DNA of 61,551 nt, filler included, from Nitrospinae bacterium RIFCSPLOWO2_12_FULL_45_22 (GTDB lineage: Bacteria > 2-12-FULL-45-22): the NCBI GenBank assembly GCA_001803565.1. It is 5 parts of 5 records of this genome, joined end to end, with 100 filler letters (N's around TTAATTAATTAA, not from the genome) between each part and the next. Parts side by side here need not be neighbours in the genome. Positions count along the whole stretch, not along the records: positions 51,638 to 61,551 come from MHDQ01000027.1; 4 more parts are not named here. The stretch is one strand, 5' to 3'. Under the pieces are notes generated by a model. The model saw only the letters and a program-made list of their open reading frames with translations, searched no databases and was not told where the DNA came from. Below are positions 57,351 to 61,551 of the stretch, piece after piece. The translations under genes and the position numbers were made by a program. Positions within the stretch are counted from its first letter, which is position 1; each line of letters begins with the position of its first letter.

Positions 57351-57998
57351 TTGAAAATGATGTTAATTGATCTGCATATCCACACCAGCCCTTTATCGCC
57401 TTGCAGTGCCCTGGATGCCGATGAAGCAATAGAAACAGCTAAGGGGCTGGGTCTGGATGGTATATGCTTTGTAGAGCATGATGCCATCTGGCCTAAAGGC
57501 GAGATTAAAGCCTTTGCTCAAAGGCATAAATTTTTGATCCTGAGGGGTATGGAGGTAAATACCAATTATGGCCACATAATGGTCTTTGGTCTGGAGGAAT
57601 ATAGAGAAGATATGTATTCCTTCGATAGGCTTCTAACTTACATCCAGAGTGTTAATGGGGCTACCATTATCGCCCATCCGTTCCGAGATCCGCAATATCT
57701 CCGCGGTGGTTATGGTATTATGCATTGGGGCCTTAAGCCCGAAGATGCCAGCCAACGCCCCGTCTTTCACCTGGTAGATGCAGTAGAGGTATTTAATGGG
57801 CATAATAGCCCCGGGGAGAATGGTTTAGCCTTAGAAGTGGCCCGACACCTGGGTTTAGCTATTACCGGTGGTAGTGATGCCCATACCAAGGAAGAGATAG
57901 GGGCCTATGTCACCCTCATTAAAAATAAAATAGGCGATGAGGAAGATTTGATTAGGGAGATAAAGCTGGGCAAAACAGAAGCCCAGAGACTATTTTGA
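57351..57998 (+). CDS. PHP-domain phosphoesterase
   Basis: DLHIHT, EHD, AHP, GGSDAH. Confidence 0.9.
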   Translation: MKMMLIDLHIHTSPLSPCSALDADEAIETAKGLGLDGICFVEHDAIWPKGEIKAFAQRHKFLILRGMEVNTNYGHIMVFGLEEYREDMYSFDRLLTYIQSVNGATIIAHPFRDPQYLRGGYGIMHWGLKPEDASQRPVFHLVDAVEVFNGHNSPGENGLALEVARHLGLAITGGSDAHTKEEIGAYVTLIKNKIGDEEDLIREIKLGKTEAQRLF

Positions 57999-58029
57999 TA
58001 ACATAGGAATTTTCTAAATATCCGGGTCT

Positions 58030-59121
58030 ATGCTAGGAAAGAGCGGGGATAAATTTTGTTGCTATTGTGGAGAGACCAAGGGGGGTAGATTTTGTCAGGT
58101 ATGCGGTACACCGCTGCTTAGAACCTGCCCCCAGTGCCAGGAATGGGTGCCGGTAGGGGCTAATTATTGTTATTTTTGCAGAGATGGTAAGCATCCTGAT
58201 CATAGCCATAAGAAAGACCTGGTAAAAATCTTTAAGGGATTCAGGATTAATCATACCCTGCTAAAGATCAAATCTGAATTAGAGTTGATAAATGGCAGGT
58301 CTTTCCCCGAGATCTATTGTCCTATATGTGGCCAGATGCAACTAAGTTTTGAAGATACCTTCAGATGCTCCTTATGTTGGGGGCTATATATCTGCAAAAG
58401 GCATAAGGTGGGTGAGGATTTCTTATGCGAATTATGCGCTAGCTCCCCAAAAGATGCTCACGAGGCCTGGGGAAAAAGGAAAAATTATGACTTCACCCAT
58501 CATCCTTCAGGAGCTATAGGGAACAAAGCAATAGGGACTTTTCAAAAAGATATAGTATTGGTACCAGCCGGGGAGTTCTTGATGGGTGATGAACGCCAGT
58601 CAGTAGGGCTTGATTCTTTTTATATTGATAGGTATCCAGTAACCAATGCCCAGTTCCGCCTCTTTGACCCAGGCTATACCTACCCCGCAGGCCGTGATAA
58701 CTACCCGGCTACTACCCGGCTTACCTGGTACAGAGCCAATGCTTATGCCCGGTGGGTAGGTAAGCGACTCCCGTCTGAGGAAGAGTGGGAAAAAGCAGCC
58801 CGGGGTACCGATGGCCGTTTATACCCCTGGGGAAACCAATTCGATCCCAGTCGGTGCAATACTAAAGAATCGGGTATATTAGGCTTCACGCCGGTAGACC
58901 AATACCCCACTGGTCAAAGCCCCTATGGGTGTTTTGATATGGCGGGTAATGTGCTGGAATGGACTGCTTCCTGGTTTGATGAACAGAGAAATTTCATGGT
59001 AGTAAAAGGCGGTTCCTGGGATGATTTTGACTATGTAGCCCGCTGCGCCAGTCATATGGGCTACGAACACTTTTATCCCATGACTATGATCATAGGGTTT
59101 CGTTGTGTAAAGGATGCTTAA
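58030..59121 (+). CDS. Zinc-ribbon + FGE-sulfatase (SUMF1) domain protein
   Basis: Multiple CxxC pairs; FLMG, VTNAQF, RLPSEEEWEKAARG, GNVLEW, GFRC. Confidence 0.85.
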   Translation: MLGKSGDKFCCYCGETKGGRFCQVCGTPLLRTCPQCQEWVPVGANYCYFCRDGKHPDHSHKKDLVKIFKGFRINHTLLKIKSELELINGRSFPEIYCPICGQMQLSFEDTFRCSLCWGLYICKRHKVGEDFLCELCASSPKDAHEAWGKRKNYDFTHHPSGAIGNKAIGTFQKDIVLVPAGEFLMGDERQSVGLDSFYIDRYPVTNAQFRLFDPGYTYPAGRDNYPATTRLTWYRANAYARWVGKRLPSEEEWEKAARGTDGRLYPWGNQFDPSRCNTKESGILGFTPVDQYPTGQSPYGCFDMAGNVLEWTASWFDEQRNFMVVKGGSWDDFDYVARCASHMGYEHFYPMTMIIGFRCVKDA

Positions 59122-60950
59122 AGGTGATCAAGTATCGCTATTCCAAATGGGATGATCAGCAAGGGGAGCTTTTTTTAGATATTGACCACTTAATGGATAG
59201 CCTGACTGATCCATTCCTGGAAGAAGGGGACCTAAATAGGCTCTTACAGCAACTATGGCAAAAGGGTTACCGGGATCAGGAAAACCGTCAATATCCCGGT
59301 TTGCTGGATTTGCTCCAACAACTTCAGCGGAAAAGGCAGGATTTATTGGAAAAATATGACATTAATTCTCTCTATCAAAATATTAGGGAGGCACTGGAGA
59401 ACCTGACCAAAGAAAAAAGGGAACAGTTAAGACAATTGCTAAGAGGATTAAACGAGATGCTAAGGGAGAGGATAGCGGGAGCTAAACCTGATTTTTCGGG
59501 GTTCATGGAAAGATATGGTGCCCGGCTCCCGGAGGAATACCAGGATATGAGCCTGGACGACCTGATAGAGAGATTGCAAAGGGAGGCGGCCCAAATAGAG
59601 GCCCTGATGGATATGCTGCCCAGCGAGCTAAAAGATGCCCTGGAGCAGATACTGCGACAAGCCTATGCCAGCCTGGATCAGGCCACTAGAGAAGAAATAA
59701 CTGAGTTTGCCCGGAATATGCAAAAACTATCCACTTTACAGCACTATCCATTCTGGGGTGAAGAGCCCCTGGACATCGGGCAGGCACTTATTTTAAAGGA
59801 GCAATTAGACCGGATAGAGGTATTAGAGCGAACTATAAAAGAGATCCGGGATCGGAGAAAGACGCTGGACGATCTTGATCCTGAACTGGTAAGAAAAACG
59901 CTGGGGGAAGAAAGCTATCGTTATTTAGAGAACCTAAAAACGATAACCAAAAAGCTAGAAGACGCTGGCTATATATGCCGTGAGGGACAAGGGTTTAAGA
60001 TGACCCCTCAGGGAATAAGAAAGATTGGTCAGAAGGCATTACGGGATATCTTTTCTCAACTCAAAAAAGATCAGTTTGGTTCCCACCCTACGGCTCTTTC
60101 AGGTATATTAGGGGGATGGAGGATTGAAGAGACCAAGAGATACGAATATGGCGACCCACTTGATATCTATCTCCCTGATACCTTGAAAAATTCCCTGATT
60201 AGAGAAAGGGGGATGAGCCTGCCTATACGCCTTAAGGCAGAAGATTTTGAGATTTATAAGCGAGAGTACCAGACCCAAAATGCCCTGGTATTAATGTTGG
60301 ATATGAGTGGTTCTATGGATAGATACCGTAAGTTCAGTGCCGCCAAAAAGGTAGCATTGGCTATAGAGCGTTTGGTTAAGGATCACTTCCCCAAGGATAA
60401 TTTTAAAATAGTGGGATTTTATACCCGGGCAAGGGAGATAAAGATAGAAGATTTGCCCTATGTCCACCCTAAGCCTTTTGGATTTACATCTTTTATGTTG
60501 TTAGATTATTTTGGTTCCTCCTGGGGTCCCTTATCCGTAGAAATCAACTCCAGGGAGGCAGCTTCTCGCCAGATCCCGGAGGCTTTTACCAATATCCAGG
60601 AAGGGTTAAAACTCTCCCGGCAAATACTCTCTAAGCTGAAGGGGTGTAATAAACAGATTATTATGGTTACTGATGGAGAGCCCACTGCCCACCTGGAAGG
60701 TAACAATATTTACCTCCAGTATCCCCCCAGTAAAAGGACTATCCAGGAGACCTTAAAAGAAGTAAAGAGATGCACTCAAGCCGGCATCATCATCAATACT
60801 TTTATGCTGAGTAAAGATCCATTCCTGGAAAATTTTGTCGATCGCCTTACCCGCATAAATAAAGGTAGGGCATTCTATACCACTCCAGAAAAGATCGGAG
60901 AGTATATCGTGGTAGATTATCTCTGCCGCAAACGTAAAAAGATATTCTAA
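59103..60950 (+). CDS. VWA-domain protein (COG4867-like)
   Basis: YRYSKWD N-terminus; DMSGSM MIDAS; TNIQEGL; TDGEPT. Confidence 0.85.
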   Translation: MCKGCLKVIKYRYSKWDDQQGELFLDIDHLMDSLTDPFLEEGDLNRLLQQLWQKGYRDQENRQYPGLLDLLQQLQRKRQDLLEKYDINSLYQNIREALENLTKEKREQLRQLLRGLNEMLRERIAGAKPDFSGFMERYGARLPEEYQDMSLDDLIERLQREAAQIEALMDMLPSELKDALEQILRQAYASLDQATREEITEFARNMQKLSTLQHYPFWGEEPLDIGQALILKEQLDRIEVLERTIKEIRDRRKTLDDLDPELVRKTLGEESYRYLENLKTITKKLEDAGYICREGQGFKMTPQGIRKIGQKALRDIFSQLKKDQFGSHPTALSGILGGWRIEETKRYEYGDPLDIYLPDTLKNSLIRERGMSLPIRLKAEDFEIYKREYQTQNALVLMLDMSGSMDRYRKFSAAKKVALAIERLVKDHFPKDNFKIVGFYTRAREIKIEDLPYVHPKPFGFTSFMLLDYFGSSWGPLSVEINSREAASRQIPEAFTNIQEGLKLSRQILSKLKGCNKQIIMVTDGEPTAHLEGNNIYLQYPPSKRTIQETLKEVKRCTQAGIIINTFMLSKDPFLENFVDRLTRINKGRAFYTTPEKIGEYIVVDYLCRKRKKIF

Positions 60951-61084
60951 TACTCCCTGTCCCCTCCCGTTACCCTAGAGGATTTTTTTAGCTACCCTTA
61001 AAAAAACTCTTGACAAAGAAGCTTTCAAGAGGTATATAGTACCGTAATCATTAACCCATATATTACCGAAAGGAGGGGTAAGGG

Positions 61085-61357
61085 ATGAATAAGGCGGAGA
61101 TAGTGGCCAAAATGGCCAAGGAGGCAAAAATTAGTAAGGGGGCGGCAGACAAGGCATTATCATCTTTTGTCGATGGTGTGAGCAAGTCCCTTAAGAAGGG
61201 ACAGAATGTAACCCTGGTGGGCTTTGGTACTTTCGCCATCGGTAAGCGAAAAGCCAGGAGGGGACGCAATCCTCAAACAGGCAAAGAAATAAAAATCCCC
61301 GCCAAACGAGTAGCCAAGTTTAAACCAGGCAAGGCATTGAAAGAAGCGGTCAAATAA
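61085..61357 (+). CDS. hup: DNA-binding protein HU
   Basis: MNKAEIV, GFGTF, GRNPQTG; upstream TTGACA-17-TATATA. Confidence 0.96.
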   Translation: MNKAEIVAKMAKEAKISKGAADKALSSFVDGVSKSLKKGQNVTLVGFGTFAIGKRKARRGRNPQTGKEIKIPAKRVAKFKPGKALKEAVK

Positions 61358-61372
61358 CTCCCCTCTCAGGCC

Positions 61373-61406
61373 AGGGTAGCTCCCCGGGATAAGAGGGGGC
61401 TACCCT
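61373..61406. terminator. Hairpin between convergent genes
   Basis: AGGGTAGCTCCCC / GGGGGCTACCCT. Confidence 0.55.
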
Positions 61407-61417
61407 AGCACCTCTAC

Positions 61418-61549
61418 TTAGCTCTTCCTCTTAGATATATAACCAATAAGTTTATAGACGAGCTTTGCTGCCAGAAAATCTGGATGAATAAGCCCCGGGA
61501 TAGGAGATAACTCTACGAGGTCAAAACCAACAATCTGTTTAGCTTGGGC
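61418..61549 (-). CDS. speB: Agmatinase C-terminal fragment (runs off the window)
   Basis: Translates AQAKQIVGFDLVELSPIPGLIHPDFLAAKLVYKLIGY..*. Confidence 0.8.
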   Translation of the reverse strand, partial: AQAKQIVGFDLVELSPIPGLIHPDFLAAKLVYKLIGYISKRKS

Positions 61550-61551
61550 TA

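Noticed and set aside
657-61269. Numerous short antisense or overlapping ORFs, plus ORFs across repeats (e.g. 6774-6974, 12761-12958, 39758-40009)
   Set aside because: Shadows of well-supported genes or translations of palindromic elements, with no recognisable motifs.

Overview
The window is five bacterial contigs, probably from a metagenome-assembled genome. They are joined by N-TTAATTAATTAA-N linkers (about 9569-9668, 23939-24038, 33291-33390, 51538-51637), so gene order across linkers is not biological. The genes point to an anaerobic or microaerobic diderm bacterium. Housekeeping blocks include plsC-dciA-TPR-ispE-spoVG, rpe-ffh-rpsP-khpA-rimM-trmD-rplS, aspA-like, HU and speB. Acyl-CoA and molybdoenzyme catabolism genes include 4 acyl-CoA dehydrogenases, 2 2-hydroxyacyl-CoA dehydratase subunits, an XDH-family operon and MMPL+DUF1329. 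An oxidative-stress/periplasmic redox cluster carries a diheme peroxidase, a TsdA/SoxA-like cytochrome, a Tat metallophosphoesterase, rubrerythrin and an Fe-S oxidoreductase. Accessory DNA includes vapBC, a tRNA-Asn 3' half (likely an att site), and an AT-rich integron-type cassette array with attC sites, hit by an IS5 and an IS630. The most striking pattern is that many intergenic spacers hold non-coding, concentrically nested inverted repeats. These are IS66-like, IS4-like and TA-flanked miniature ends, some with target-site duplications, enclosing 7-9 bp periodic palindromes and GTAG-REPs. Family names come from motif recognition only; no searches were run.
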